DNA from: Eledone cirrhosa
Lineage: Eukaryota
Length of the DNA: 64,000 nucleotides
Direction of reading: 5' to 3'
NCBI GenBank assembly: GCA_964016885.1
Contig: OZ024746.1
Span: 39,184,001-39,248,000, forward strand
Shown here: piece by piece, positions 32,606 through 46,635 of the stretch
Layout: the number at the start of each line of letters is the position of its first letter
Numbering within the stretch: position 1 is the stretch's first letter
Translations under genes and position numbers: made by a program
Notes under the pieces: generated by a model
Database searches by the model: none
What the model saw: the letters and a program-made list of their open reading frames with translations, nothing else
Told to the model about the DNA's origin: nothing

Positions 32606-33424
32606 GTAAAGATTCAACAACAGGACCTCCTAGCTGCTTTATAGTTTCCCTTTACATTTTTCTTTTTCCTTTTTTTTCTTTATGCTTATTTTACCAACCA
32701 TTGCCTTCCCTATACAAAACTTTTATTTTATTTTATTTTATTTTATTTTTTATCATCATATTTACTTATCTCTGTATATCTTTTTTTTTTTTGTTTTAAT
32801 TTTTTTTTTTTGTTGTTTCTCAACTGTAAGACGTACTAGATACTTCCCATAGATTAGTGGTTTACTAAGTAGGTTCTGCAGAACTCAAGAGTTCCACAAA
32901 GGAGTGTCTGGATTTCCATGAAAAAAGGTAAAGGAGTATATTTATATTACGACCATACAATATTAGACTTTAGGGTTCCCCAAACATTTTCTGAACCAAA
33001 AATTGTTCCACATTTGAAAAAGTTTGAGATACCCTGCCCTGCTCTATATGAAGGTTTAAATTGATTAAATAAATAAACAAATGAATAAATAAATGAATAA
33101 ATGAATAAATAAATAAATAAATAGATAAGACTCACCTGTGATATATTGAAAATATTATCCCTCTATTTATGTCAACCATAAATCTGCAAGACTTTAATAG
33201 CACAAAGATTATAAAAAGTTTTTTTTTTTCTTTTTTCAAAAATAGAGTATTGACAGTTTGCTGAAAACTGGGTCATCAGTTTCACCTGTTCCATATTCCA
33301 AAGAATATGAAGAAGAAAACAATGTCAGTTGGACAATATCAATAATTTCAAAAAGAAAGTTATGAATCATGTGAGTTGGCTCAACTAGAAATTGGAAGAA
33401 AAAAAGATCAAAACATATTAATGT

Positions 33425-33760
33425 TGCACACACATGCAGCGATACATTCTCCAGCAGCAACCTGGTGCAGTCTGTGACTAATACAGGCTCTGCTGCACTT
33501 CAGGCCGAAGAGGGTAAACTCCAAATATCAGTCACTCTTCGACAGGTTTGTGGTTGATCCCATAGGAGTGGAAACTACTGGTGTCCTTGGCCCTAGGGCC
33601 ATCTCCCTACTCACCACCATCAGCACAGACTTGGCTACCTGCAGGTGTGAGCCTCACAAGCTGGAATAGCTCTTCCAGTGCATCTCCCTCACCATCCTCT
33701 GGGGAAATGCCTTCTCTATTCTGTCCGTCAGGGGTGCAGGGTGGCCAGCATGTGAGACCC
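33425..33760 (+). mobile_element. CRE-like RLE retrotransposon C-terminal remnant
   Basis: TCSDTF..GSAALQAEEGK/KYQSL..PIGVETTGVLGP..LFQCISLTILWGNAFSIL matches the AE..K..KY / ETxG / QRISxxxxRGNA motif series. Confidence 0.7.
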
Positions 33761-34859
33761 CCATTTGCTCATAATAGTGAAAGATGGGGAGAGCAGGAAA
33801 GAAGGAGACAGTGACAGAGGGAGTCTGGCTCCTTTGTGTTCAGACCTGGTGTATATGTATACTTTTCATGGACACACACTCACTACTTTAGTTCTTGTTT
33901 GTATTTGTGTTGAGGGAAAGCAAATGACAAACATACATAAATCAAAAATGAAGCAAGAAAAAGTGAAAGGAAAAAGGAAGACAAATTTAATATATATATA
34001 AATAAACGGTTCTTAAGTAAACACCTTTGTGGTTAATTCCTGTCTGTCTGTTGAGTTATTTACACATATTTAATCACAGTGGGGATTTAAGGTGGGTAAA
34101 ACAAGAAGAGTCTAATCTGCATGGTACTGTGGAACCAGCTCAGAGTTGGGTCACGTGAGGGTTCATGAGGTTGGCTGTTATTATCCATGTCATTCTGGAT
34201 AGTATTAGTTTTGTTTGATCAACACTGAAAATTTTTTGTTTTTGACATTTGGGTTGGATATTTTTCTCCCTTATTTTAATGCAACCAAATTTCAATACCA
34301 GAGTATTCGGAACATTTTTTTTTTATATCTATTTATTGTTATGTTGTCTATTTTTGTGTTGATATTGCTATTTAGTCGAAGGTCAGCAGTGATTCAGCAG
34401 ACTTATGATCAATTGCATTTCAGTCATGGCCACTGCATGTTTTTATAGATTATATTATTCAATAAATCCTATCTTTTTCTAAATAGTTGGGTGCTATTTT
34501 AGGAAGGTCAGCTGCATAGAGGTTCTTACATGAAGTTCTCCAATAATAGAAATTATCCAATTATATTTTATGAGGTAAAATATGAGAATATTTATTTAAT
34601 ATATTCTGTTGTTTTTTTTTATTTATTTACCTTCAAATTAGGTTATTGGTTTAATTCCCAATTTCTTTTAACACAAGAGAAATTATTCAATTATTTCTCA
34701 TGGTCAGAGGTTGAGGAAGAAAAATTAGCTAATTTCTTTTAATCGCTATAGTTTAGATAAGAGAAAATGAAGTTATTTAAAGCTAAAACTCTTATTAAGT
34801 GACTAGGTAAAATCTCAGCAGTGAGGTCACAGAAACTAGAACATGATCTTTTGATAAAT

Positions 34860-35350
34860 TTTTGGGGTAGAAATATTTTTTCCGTGCGTTTTTGTGTGTT
34901 TTCAATGATCCTGACCTCCAAAGCCAGCAGAAATTACTTCTTTTTCAAATATCAAGAAGGGAAGAATATTTTATAAAAAAAAGGTAAAATCCCCTTATTT
35001 GACATTCATATAATAAAAAATGAAAGTGATTTCCAATTGAATGAATGAGTTAATGACTTCTGTCTGGCAAAGGGTTAGGATTAGGGCTAGGGTTAGGGTT
35101 AGGGTTAGGATTAAGAAAACACTGAGTGCATTGCCCCTCTATGTATCTACAAAATGAATAATTTCAGATGATTTTGCAACTCAGACTCGTTCAAAACACT
35201 GAAATATGTAGGAAATATTGTAATGAAATCTCTGAGAGTGAGAAACTCCAAGGTTCCCCCTCCTCCTACAATACCTGAAAATAAGTCATTTCCAACAGGT
35301 TTAGAGGTCAGAATCATAGAAAACATTAAAAAAAAAACTATTTGTACCCG
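34860..35350. mobile_element. Fold-back (MITE-like) element enclosing telomere-like TTAGGG repeats
   Basis: TTTTCAATGATCCTGACCTCCAAAGCC..(~34900-34946) is the inverted match of GAAAATAAGTCATTTCCAACAGGTTTAGAGGTCAGAATCATAGAAAA (~35277-35323). About six (TTAGGG)-like units at 35071-35112. Confidence 0.55.
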
Positions 35351-36025
35351 AATCTGAAATGAGTGTTTACATAAAAATTTACTGATCTTTCTTAACAGTT
35401 CATCTCCACTGATATTCTGTGAAGTGTCTCTTAAGTAAATATTTCTTTGTCTTCTCTGTGCTCCATATCAACCTTGTCCTCATTGTCTCACACTTTTATT
35501 TATTGTGATCTGCAGTGAGAAGACTAAGCCTTTTCATACCAAACTGCCTGAAGTGTTTATATTTATCTAAAAACCTTCCATCATAATTATATGTAAGAGA
35601 CTTTGATAAGTTATGTTCTAAACAGCAACTTAATAATGAGAAAGTTAGTTATATTACAAAAGATCTCCAAATTCGTCATTATTTTCAAAAATATTTGAAA
35701 ATCATTGCCAAAGATTTTTATTAGAAATTGTGGAATCAAAAGATTTAACTAAATGTTGATTGATAGCATAATATATTGTTATTATATCATGACTCATACA
35801 CTGTTTATTTTCCTGACATTTGTACATTATTCTATGTACTATACATGCACCTTTGATGAGTTGTAGTGCACCTGAGCACTGTACACAATAATTTCATTAT
35901 TATTATTATTATTATTATACCAAAGTCCATCAACTTCTTCAATATGTCCATATGCAGTCTATCGATCTAACCAAACGATGACACTAGTTGCAATGTTTTT
36001 GCCATGCTATTGCCATCATGTAGAC

Positions 36026-36165
36026 CAGAGGTTCTCAAACTTTTGCGCCTTCCCCGCTTCACGGCCATGTAATACCCCCAGCACCCCGACCCCCATTTCC
36101 AGAGAAACCTACCTACACGCAAATTGTAAATAATATATAATAAATAAAATCGTTAATTTATATAT
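36026..36165 (+). mobile_element. hAT/Charlie-type MITE, left part
   Basis: Begins TAGAC|CAGAGGTTCTCAAAC; a matching right end TTTGAGAACCACCG|CTCTA lies at ~42241-42258. Confidence 0.55.
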
Positions 36166-36712
36166 GAACAAGTTGAGGGGTTAAAACAAAACAAACACAC
36201 AGACCCATACATACAGACAATTCTAACACAGACATATTCAAAACACACAACAATTCAGATCTCGATACCCATGAGAATTAACATATGCTAATGACCCAGT
36301 TCTCAACAATTCATCTATTGAGGAAACAAAAGAAAAACAAAAGTAAAAGGGAAAATATTGAATTAATATATATGTTTATGTGTGTATGTGTGCATATACC
36401 CCATATACCATTTTTAACTATATATATTATTAGTACATATAGATAGATATGTGTATCCCAGTTTCAATCAGGGGTAACCACAGTAAGTAAGGTACTCAAT
36501 ACATAGCAGAGGATAAATGTTTAATATATATATGAAACAGTTCTAGTCCTGTAGAAGCCATTTCTATATATATATATGTGAACATCTTTTTCTGTTCAGT
36601 GAGTTTATATGCCTCATTATTATTATTAGGCTATTTTATTTAGGCAAAAGTTACAGTGGAGTTTTCTATTTCAAATTTTAAACTATGCTCACTGCTTTCT
36701 AAACATACTTCC

Positions 36713-36767
<55 letters not shown>

Positions 36768-36777
36768 GTATATATAC

Positions 36778-36837
<60 letters not shown>

Positions 36838-36847
36838 GTGTGTATGT

Positions 36848-39116
36848 ATCATCATCATCATCGTTTAACGTCCATGTTCCACGCTTGCATGGGTTTGGAC
36901 GGGAGTGTTCTCACTTGAGGCAAGAGTGGTTGTCATTGCTCGCATAGGACTGTCTGGCGGGTTTTCTACAGCTGGATGCCCTTCCTAACACCAACCACAT
37001 TTACAGTGTGGGGCTGGGAGGTTTTTACCGTGTTTCCTACACGGCTACATTACAGCATGGACTGTGTGTTTTTTTGTCGTGACATCTACACGATCTCATT
37101 TGTTTCGGCCTGGATGTTGTGGGACCAACATAACTTTACATTGAAAGGGGCGGTGTGGATGGGGTGGGGGAGGTGGGACGGGGGTGTATTTTGTTAGAGA
37201 TGCCTACTGACTGTAGTAGGTTTTACTTTGTATTTAGGTAAGGCGGGTCTTCTCTATTACTGAGTACCGCCAAAGGTCTCAGTCCAGTGACATTGTCTTG
37301 GAGAGGTGTAAGTGTGTGAGGTAGGAATTTATCAGCGCGTCTCAGGTTTTTCTGGGTCTGCTTACTCCGTGGCTACCGTCTATCTTTATTGCCCTGCACT
37401 TTGTTATACAGCTGTCGTCTTTCATGCGCATCACGTGACCATACCAACGTAGCCTTCTCTCGAGTAAACAACATCTGATCCCTCTTATTTCTAATTTTTT
37501 CCTTAGTTCGTTTATGCTTTGCCGTTCACATATATTACTATTACACATCCAGCGGACATGCAAGCTTCGTTCCTCTCTAGTCTGCGTATATCCTCTGCAC
37601 ACAATGCCCAGGTCTCACTGCCATGCAACATTGCTGTTCGTATGAAGGCATCATACAACCTGCCTTTCATTTTTAGGGAGAACCCTTTAGCGGCTAATAG
37701 TGGTATAAGCTCTCTGAACTTTTTCCATCCAGTTCTGACTCTAGCTACTGTACTTTCAGAGCACCCTCCCCCACTGCTAATTTTGTCACCCAGGTAACGG
37801 AAGCTGTCCACTATTTCTATAGAACCCTCTGCGCAATTGAAAGAGCTAGTATTTTGTGGGCACTTGCTGCTACTTATTGCACCAGAGCACCGGCCACATG
37901 TAAAATCTATGTTCTTAGTTAGCTTACCTGTGATCCCACTACATCTTTTATGCACCCATACTTTGCATTTGGGACATAAAATGGAGTTTCTACCTACGCC
38001 TTTCCTACACACTGAGCATGGCCACATCCCGGAAGGGACCGCCGCCTTATTTTCTTTCTTACAAACTAGAACTTTAGTCTTAGCCAGGTTAATTTTAAGG
38101 CCTTTTGATTCTAGGCCGTGCTTCCATGTTTGGAATTTCTTCTCTAGCTCGGCCATTGATTCAGCTATGAGCATTAGATCATCTGCGTATAGGAGTTCCC
38201 ATGGGCAGCCGGTCTTGAACTCCTCTGTTATAGCCTGAAGGGCAATAATAAATAGTAGGGGGCTAAGAACAGAGCCCTGATGGACACCAACTTTACGCTA
38301 AACTCTTCACTATATCCGTTGTTAATTCTAACCTTGCTGACTGTTTCTTTATACATGGCTTGTATAGCTCTCACAAGCCATTTGTCAACACCTAGTTTTC
38401 TAAGAGCCCACCAGATAATGGAACAGGGGACTCTGTCGAAAGCTTTCTCCAAGTCGACAAAAGCTAAGTATAGGGGTTTACTTTTAGCTAGGTACTTCTC
38501 CCGTAGTTGTCGTACAATGAAAAGAGCGTCTGTGGTACTTTTGCCTGACACAAACCCGAACTGCATTTCATCTAGATCAATTCTCTCTCTGATTAGTTGC
38601 GCTATTACTTTTTCCATGACCTGCATGACCTGGTCGATTAATTTAATGCCTCTATAGTTACTCCTATCTAGGGCATCTCCTTTACCCTTATAACAGTTAA
38701 TGATGATGCTGCTACGCCAGTCCTTCGAAACAACCCCATTCTGTACGACTTGGTTTACTATCCGGGTGACCATGGTGTGTCCCACCGTTCCAGATGCCTT
38801 CAGCATCTCAGCAACTATTTCCGAAGGCCCAGCTGCCTTACCCGTCTTCATATCTTTGATTGCCTTACTTATTATACTACCCTCGACTAACACTGCTGGT
38901 CCCTCTATTGGGTCGATGTGGGGGAGACTGTCTTTCTCCCATTTATTCTCCTCATTTAGTAGCCTTTCGTAGTGACACTTCCAAGCTACCTCCTTATCAG
39001 CATCAGTGATGGCAAGTACGCCATCATCATTAAGTACACACTTCTCCTCGACAATATCACAGTTTTCCTTGACACATTGCCTAGAAATCCTGAACACCTC
39101 ACGTTTTTGGTCCTCG
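36848..39116 (-). mobile_element. RTE LINE copy 2, 5'-truncated and frameshifted
   Basis: ORFs 38228-39127, 37512-38174 and 37342-37602 are closely similar to copy 1; same 3' UTR and (GAT)n tail. Confidence 0.93.
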
Positions 39117-39287
39117 ATACATCCCACCCTTGCAAGCAGGGAAGAGCGGATGTAAAATGATGATGATGATGATGATATATATATATATATATTAAAATAA
39201 CAGATTAAAGTTTAAGCAAAGAATCGCTGCTTTGGATTTTAGTCTTCAAATTTATTATTATTACTATATATATATATATATATATAT

Positions 39288-39473
39288 ATCCACACTGTAA
39301 ATGTGGTTGGTGTTAGGAAGGGCATCCAGCCGTAGAAAACCTGCCAGACAGTCCTATATGAGCGAGACACGGTCACCCGACCAACCTTGCCTCAAGTGGG
39401 ATATTTCCCGTCTAACCCATGCTAGCGTGGAAAATGAACGTTAAACGAAGATGATGATGATGATGATGATGAT
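39288..39473 (+). mobile_element. Short RTE 3'-UTR copy
   Basis: CCACACTGTAAATGTGGTTGGTGTTAGGAAGGGCATCC...AACCCATGCTAGCGTGG...(GAT)n. Confidence 0.85.
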
Positions 39474-39584
39474 ATATATTTTTCTATAGAATATGTATTT
39501 TGTATATATTTAATATACCGTGTTTCTTTTACGATATATATGGCTCTTTCTCTCTCTATATAAACATTTATCTTCTCATTTTGT

Positions 39585-39615
<31 letters not shown>

Positions 39616-39809
39616 CGAAGACAACAGAACATTATTCTCTGAAAGTTCCTTAAACTCTGAAGAAGGGAATTTTAGGTCTCAAAATATTAGGACAGAAGAA
39701 AGAACAGCAACAACACAAAACAAAACAAAGATTACCAGGTAACTTACTTTTTCGTTACCTCATCTTACAGTCCATTTTGCATTGTTTAGCCTTCTATCTC
39801 TTTCCACAT

Positions 39810-39986
<177 letters not shown>

Positions 39987-40470
39987 AAGAGATAATAGGA
40001 AAACCATTTAAACATCTCCTTTAATCAATGAATCCTTGTGTTAGATGACCTTGGAAAGTTTGATTTACTGACAAGAGAAGGAAGCAAGATGAAAAAGCTA
40101 CAATAGAATACTAGAAACAATGTGAAATTCTTTATCAACAGGGAACTGCAACAGCTATTTGAAACTTGCAGCTCTATTTTAATAGCAATACCTAATTAAA
40201 CAGGGGTGGGACAGGAATGCAGATCTAGAGATGGTTAAATAGATAGAAGGGTGGTGACAGACAGGGAGAAACATAGGTTGGTAGAGGCAGACAGATAGAT
40301 AACAATAGACAAGGGAAAGGTTGGTTGGCAGAGATAGTTGATTGGATCAATGGATGGTAATGTAGGTAAGTGGTTTAGGTAGATAGATAGATAGAACAAC
40401 AGAGAGATAGGGAGATTAATAGATAGATGGATGGATGGATGGTTTATAGAAAGATAGATTGATAGACACT

Positions 40471-40505
<35 letters not shown>

Positions 40506-40536
40506 GAATGGATACTGATAGATAGATAGATAAATT

Positions 40537-41096
40537 TGTTTCTTTATTAGCCACAGGGGCACAAAAGAAGGGGACAAATACAAAGGGGGAAGTTTACATA
40601 CAATAAAAACGTGTAAAATACTATCACAAATGCAATTTAAAAATTAATCGATTTTCCCCAATAAGGGGAGACATTACATATGAGTAACACATACCCCCGA
40701 AAAAATGTGCAACCCTCATCTCCAGGAGTACGAAGAGTGAGTACCCCTTTCCCCTCTTCCTCTTTTTCCTCAACCTACAGGCTGATATAGAGAGAAGGCC
40801 CATTCACTCGGGCCATTCTCGCCACTTTCACCCACCTTTCATAAAACTTGCTGGGGTACAGCACCTCTCTCTCCATCCTGATTCTTCTTCCAAAGTGGTA
40901 TTTGAAAAAAAGAATCAGTTGTTGGCCGGAGAGAAAGGTGTCTGACCTCAGCCCTTTTAACCTCATCCACCATATAACCTCTTTCGCAATAGCTATCACA
41001 CAAAGGAAAACTGCCTCTCCTTCGTTTTTGAAGGAGGGTGGCGGTTTGATCATGACAATGGACTCGGTGGTCAACCGGATTGGTCTCACCCACGAC
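40537..41096 (-). mobile_element. L1/Tx1-like LINE 3' fragment inserted in a (GATA)n tract
   Basis: ORF 40775-41089 (..IAIAKEVIWWMR..FYERW..) resembles a Tx1 ORF2 C-terminus. AATAAA near the 3' end. A 17-bp direct repeat AGATAGATAGATAAATT lies at 40520-40536 and 41097-41113. Confidence 0.65.
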
Positions 41097-41722
41097 AGAT
41101 AGATAGATAAATTGATTGATAGATAGATAGATAGATAGATGAATGGATACTGATAGATAGATAAATATAGATAGATACATAGATAGATTGATAGTTAGAT
41201 AGATGGATGGATGGATTGATAGATAAATAGATAGATAGATAGATAGCAAGTAGATTAGAAAGGAATGTGGGAATCATAAATTGATAAAAACATAAAAGAC
41301 TGATAACATAGGTGGATGGAGCATGTAGGAAATGGGATAATAAATTGTGGCCATTGATCCCCTCAACACATATGAATAGTAATAATAAAATGTTATAGTT
41401 CGCTTGAAGCATCGTATATAATATATAACGTTGAAAGAGATAGAAAGCTAAACAATGCAAAATGGGCTGTAAGATGAGGTAATGAAAAGTAAAAGTTACC
41501 TGGTAATTTTACAGTGTGGACTGGACACTCATTGTTGTGGCACCAAGATTACCACTTTATAGTGCGGATTGGAGACTTGGGGAGGTAGATATAGAGGTGG
41601 GGCTTTATGACTTGGGTGGGGTGATAACAACATGGGAGGTGTATTGGAGGAGTGATGGGAGGGAAGGTGGTACACATTAGATGTATACGACAGACCCTGC
41701 ATATGGGAAGGCAGGTCTTCTG

Positions 41723-41777
<55 letters not shown>

Positions 41778-41995
41778 TACACACACAGATCCACGAATAC
41801 ACACACAATCATTTAATGTCCATTTTTCCATATTATATAAAGAGAGAGACTGCAAATTGTAAATAATTTATAATAAATAAAATCGTTAATTTATATATCA
41901 TAAATAATATAACATACTAAGTATAAATAAATATTATATGTTTTTTATTTTACTATATTTATATATAATATGTATCATTTGATATTTAATATACT

Positions 41996-42180
41996 GGTGG
42001 ATTGGCAGTATCGGTAGAGGCTCGGACGCCATGCTTTCCAGCATAGTTACGTCCCTTTACGATCTGAGTTCAAATCCCGCCGAGGTTGACTTTGCCTTTC
42101 ATCCTTACGGGGGTCGATAAAATAAAGTACCAGTAATACACTGGGTAATTGCTGGCCTTGTGCCTAAAGTGGAAACAATT
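41996..42180 (+). mobile_element. SINE family A (short subtype)
   Basis: Full head-to-end match with B box GAGTTCAAATCCC. Confidence 0.85.
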
Positions 42181-42699
42181 ATATCATCTCTATCGCCCCC
42201 GAACCTTCTTAACGCCCCCGCCCCGGATGGTAGTGCCCACTTTGAGAACCACCGCTCTAATGGATCTTCCTTATCCTATTTTCTTCAACAGTATAAAGAT
42301 AAAATCACAAATAACTTCATACCTCACACTCACCTCCAAAACATGAACAACATGCAAATGGAGCAGTGAAGATCATTATGAATGCTTTGTGCAACCATGA
42401 CAGAGGATCTCTCCTATAGAATACATAGCAAATGTATGCATTGAGCCGTAACCCCTGGTGAAGTTGTAGGGATGGCGTAATAACATACAGCATCTCTTGG
42501 ACATTTTAATTATTGGTAGAGCCCATCCCCTCTTCAGGTCAAAATACAGCCAATTTCTTCCATAGAAAGAAAGAGGGGGGGGTATAAAAGCAGAATCCAT
42601 CTCAGTGCTGAACTGTTACTTTATTTTATCGACCTTGAAAGGATGAAAGGCAAAGAAGACCTCAATGCGCTTAGAGAGCACAAAATGCTAGAATGAATG

Positions 42700-43290
42700 C
42701 TACAAATAATTCTATTCAACGTCGCATTTTATCCGACACAACATACTACATCACAAAGGTTGTCCTTCTTCAGGGTCAGAAAATATTTCATCGCTCCTTC
42801 CAACAACCAGCAACTAAATCCTTTACAAAGCACATGTGAAGCCCACACAGGAGTTCAGCTCTCACATTTGGAAATGTGCTGCTGCACACTGAGATATCGT
42901 AAACCACAACCAAATATAATCCATGTGACTGATTACATAAAATATTTCACCAATATACTTCAACCTCTGGTCAGTAGACATGCTGCCATTTCACTCTGTG
43001 TTTTTATTTTGTTTTTGTTTGTTTGTTTTCAGCACCAATGTTCTACGGGGTTTACTGATTCCGTGTCACTTCCACTTTAAAACACGTGACTTACTTGTCT
43101 CTCCTCTTCTGGTCACTCATATTATGTCCAACAAACAGACTCTATACTAAACATTACATCCAGTTATTTCCTTCCCTCAACTGCAGTCGTCTGGAATTAC
43201 CTGCACATATCTTTCCTGTAGAGTTGCCGGCTTGGAATTATTTAAGACGAATGTTAACTGCGTCAATTTCTCAGAGGCCTTCCAAGGCCT
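42700..43290 (+). mobile_element. Old Daphne/Jockey/CR1-group LINE 3' remnant
   Basis: Broken motifs YKAHVxPxxEFxSHIW (~42825-42875) and TKHY..LPAHIFP..FKxNVN (~43145-43260). Confidence 0.5.
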
Positions 43291-43430
43291 TGGATATAGC
43301 TTCCTCTTGACAAAATAAATACAATAATATATAGCGAAACAAACTTAATCACTACCACAGCGAATCTTTTATACCGAAAATATAGCGTAAAAATAGGAAA
43401 AGTTTCAGGGGAGACTACTCATTAGAAAAT

Positions 43431-43489
43431 TTAAGATAAGTTATTTTCCATGTCTATAAATTATAGACATGGAAAATAACTTATCTTAA
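43431..43489. repeat. Perfect 29-bp-arm palindrome with a 1-nt spacer
   Basis: TTAAGATAAGTTATTTTCCATGTCTATAA-A-TTATAGACATGGAAAATAACTTATCTTAA. Confidence 0.95.
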
Positions 43490-43533
43490 CAATTATATAT
43501 TATATATATTATAGTATAATACATATAATATAA

Positions 43534-43716
43534 AATTGTTTCTACTTTTGACACAAGGCCAGCAATTAAATCAGTGTATTACTGGTACTTTATTTTATCG
43601 ACCCCGTAAGGATGAAAGGCAAAATTAACCTCGGCGGGATTTAAATTCAGACCATAAAGGGCTGTAACTCTTGGCTGCAAAACCCTGTCCGACCCTCTAC
43701 CGATACTGCCAATCCA
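43534..43716 (-). mobile_element. SINE family A (short subtype); another 3' half at 44014-44107
   Basis: Reverse-complement match to family A. Confidence 0.8.
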
Positions 43717-44284
43717 TAATATATAATATATATAAAATATAAAAGTTATATTCCCCCAAAATATGTGGTCTTATATATTTAAATGGTTGTCAGAATTGGT
43801 AGAACGTCAAACAAAAAGGTGCATGTCATATTTAGTTGTATCTCTACGTTTTCCGTTCAACACATACCGTGTTTGAATATATATTTTTTACCTTCCGGAG
43901 ATGATAAAAGTATCACCAGTCAAATACTGGTTTTCTGCTAGGTTGATTTGATAGATTTTCTACTAGAGATGGAAAATATTTTATTCACAGTTGTATAAAA
44001 TATATAATAATATAATTGTTTCTACTTTAAGCACAAGGCCAGCAATTACTCAGTGCATTACTGGTACTTTATTTTATCGACCACGTAAGGATGAAAGGCA
44101 AAGTCAACAATATAATGGTTACAGAACGAAAACACAAACACATATAATACATATAATATATACAAAGCAGGTAATACATATATCTAGAACCACATATATC
44201 AAAAGATAGACGAAAGGGGTGAACAAATGAACCGCTAACAGAGCAAAAGATAACAGTATCGCTAGCATCATTGGGAAACCCCTC

Positions 44285-44395
44285 TAATAATTTTTAGGCA
44301 AGCCAGCACGCTCACAGCGTTACCCCAGGTGATGGCGAAGCTGATGCGCTGGAACAACCAAGCGCCCTCACAAACATCACTAGTTGCCCTGAAAT
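44285..44395 (-). mobile_element. CRE-like RLE C-terminal remnant
   Basis: Minus strand RATSDVCEGAWLFQRISFAITWGNAVSVLACLK. Confidence 0.65.
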
Positions 44396-44699
44396 CATAT
44401 ACGTAACTGTTGGAACAGTAAGAAAGTAAAGGTTATATAAATATCGCTTCCACAAATCGTTTACATAACAACCCCTTTTCCCCCGATATTGATCGCTATA
44501 GAAATTAATAAAATTATTTAAATACTGCCAACATATGTAGAGAAAAAAATACTTTTCTTTCCAATCAGATAAGGTTTAGGTTTACGTTAGGCCAAGTGTT
44601 ACTTCCGAATATATACTGGAATGTGAGGCAATGATATAGGGTGCAACCCAGAGGAAGAGAACCCGTTCTGTCACGAATGATCATGGGCTTTGAACTAGA

Positions 44700-44885
44700 A
44701 AGTTCCCCTCCAACGTAAAAAGAAAGGACCAGTACAGCTTGGCACCAGTGTCGTCGCAACTCATTTCTACTGTTGAGTGGGCTGGAGCAACGTGAAATAA
44801 AGTGTCTTGCTCCTGGTCCGGGAATCGAACTCACAACCTGAAAATTATAGGTCCAACGCTCAAACCATTAAGTCATACACTTTCA
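44700..44885 (-). mobile_element. tRNA-derived SINE (family B-like head)
   Basis: Minus strand B box GAGTTCGATTCCC, then GCAAGACACTTTATTTCACGTTGCTCCAGCCCACTCA. Confidence 0.7.
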
Positions 44886-45637
44886 CATGATGTAGCCTAA
44901 TTTGTCTTCGCTGATGTATAATCTATTGGAAACAGAGTTAAAGAAGGGCAGCATATTGAAAAGATTTAGAAATTCATGTCTTACAGTGTTTTATCTCCAC
45001 CGACTTTCTATACTCTCTGTTCAAATTCCATCAGGGTTACTTTAGTATCTAACCTCCAGAGGTCAATAAAATAAAGTCCATTTTATATTAGAGCTAATAT
45101 AAGATTTCAATAATATACAAGAAGTCACTTACAAATACGCTCTTACCTTTAGCCCGCATATTTACTGTCTCTTCTCTTTGCCTTTTCTACTGCAATGACT
45201 TCTGCTTCTCAGAGCTGGCTGAGTTCGTCTAACCTTCACCCAGACTTAAATGTCACGCTTGTCTCTCCATTTGTCATTACCTATATTCTGTTCAACCCAC
45301 TATGTTTGTCCTTTCTTCGTCGAGTATCTTGCAAGTTTAATCGAAACAATAACAATATATATATATATATATATATATATGAATATTCATAAAATTGGAC
45401 TATTCTCAGCGCGAAGGGTAGCCGTAAACAGCCGGATATATCTATATGTATAGTAAAAACATTTTCGGATTAAGATATAACCTCCAATCGAACGGAGATT
45501 GGTAGAGAGAGGGAGAAAGAGAGTCTAAATTATGAGATGAGAAATGAGTGGGTTAAAGAGAGAGAGAAAGGAAGAGAAGAGGAGAAAAGCGGGAACGAAA
45601 ACGATCGAGCAGGACTTATGGAGACATACGAAAAAAG

Positions 45638-45672
<35 letters not shown>

Positions 45673-46129
45673 GAGACTACATATTTATGAGGTTAATTAC
45701 TTAGAGACGTCATCCGCATGAAAAGTAATAACCGAATTAATATCAACATAGGGCAAAAACAAACCAAAACAATTAATTATATATGCAATCAATTTTAATT
45801 ACAAACCTTTGTGATTAACATTCTTATATAATTAACCAAATGTGCATAGTATGCAATAAATATTTTTGGTTGTTTTCTAGCTTGATTTATTCGACAGGAA
45901 CATAAAACATTAATTGATAAATATAAAATAAATTTATTTATTCGTTTTTTTTAACGGAAAGTTTTGAGGGGTTTTTTTAGAACGAAAATAAGACAAAATG
46001 AAGTTAAATAGTGGTTAAATAGTGATTTCCTTTTTAATAAAATAAGATCAATTATTCAATATTTCCTCAAGCAAGAATGTGAAATTACAGTATTTCTTTC
46101 AACGACCGAACGTTGATAAAAGAAAAATA

Positions 46130-46420
46130 AAGTTGCAGCTAAAATTCTTAATCTCAGATACCAGAAAAATTTAACACGTGATATTTCCGAACAGTCCATC
46201 TCAAACAGCGCTCTGTAAAGTATATTTTCCACGGTCCAGATTGGATTAGTCCTCACTGTTTATCACTCTTCCATATTGTTATAAGTGGGCCCTTCAGTGA
46301 TAAGATTAACAAAATGTTGATAGTCATTGACGGCATAATGTCGAAACCCATCGACTTCGTTGATATCGCCATACACAACCCACTGATCTTACTAAATCAC
46401 AATGCTTGGCACAATACTTT
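46130..46420 (-). mobile_element. Merlin/IS1016-like (ISXO2) transposase remnant
   Basis: Minus strand PSIVI**DQWVVYGDINEVDGFRHYAVNDYQHFVNLITEGPTYNNME, resembling the SDxWxxY..HxxVNH..FVxPxTGxHTNxIE block. Confidence 0.55.
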
Positions 46421-46635
46421 CACAAATTATTGACATTTTAAAAAAATGAGTCACCGAGGTTATTTCAGTGACCTCCACCCATGACCCACTCACTCAATGA
46501 GACAATAAGTTTGCAGCTGTGAAACTGCATCGCAAGGTTCCGAGTGCACACATTATAGTTATTCAATGAGAACAGTGGCAATGTTTTGGTAAGGATACCT
46601 CACGTATTTAACTCATATATATATATATATATATA

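Noticed and set aside
35071-35112. True telomere or fusion scar
   Set aside because: Only about six degenerate units, one orientation, lying inside an inverted-repeat element.
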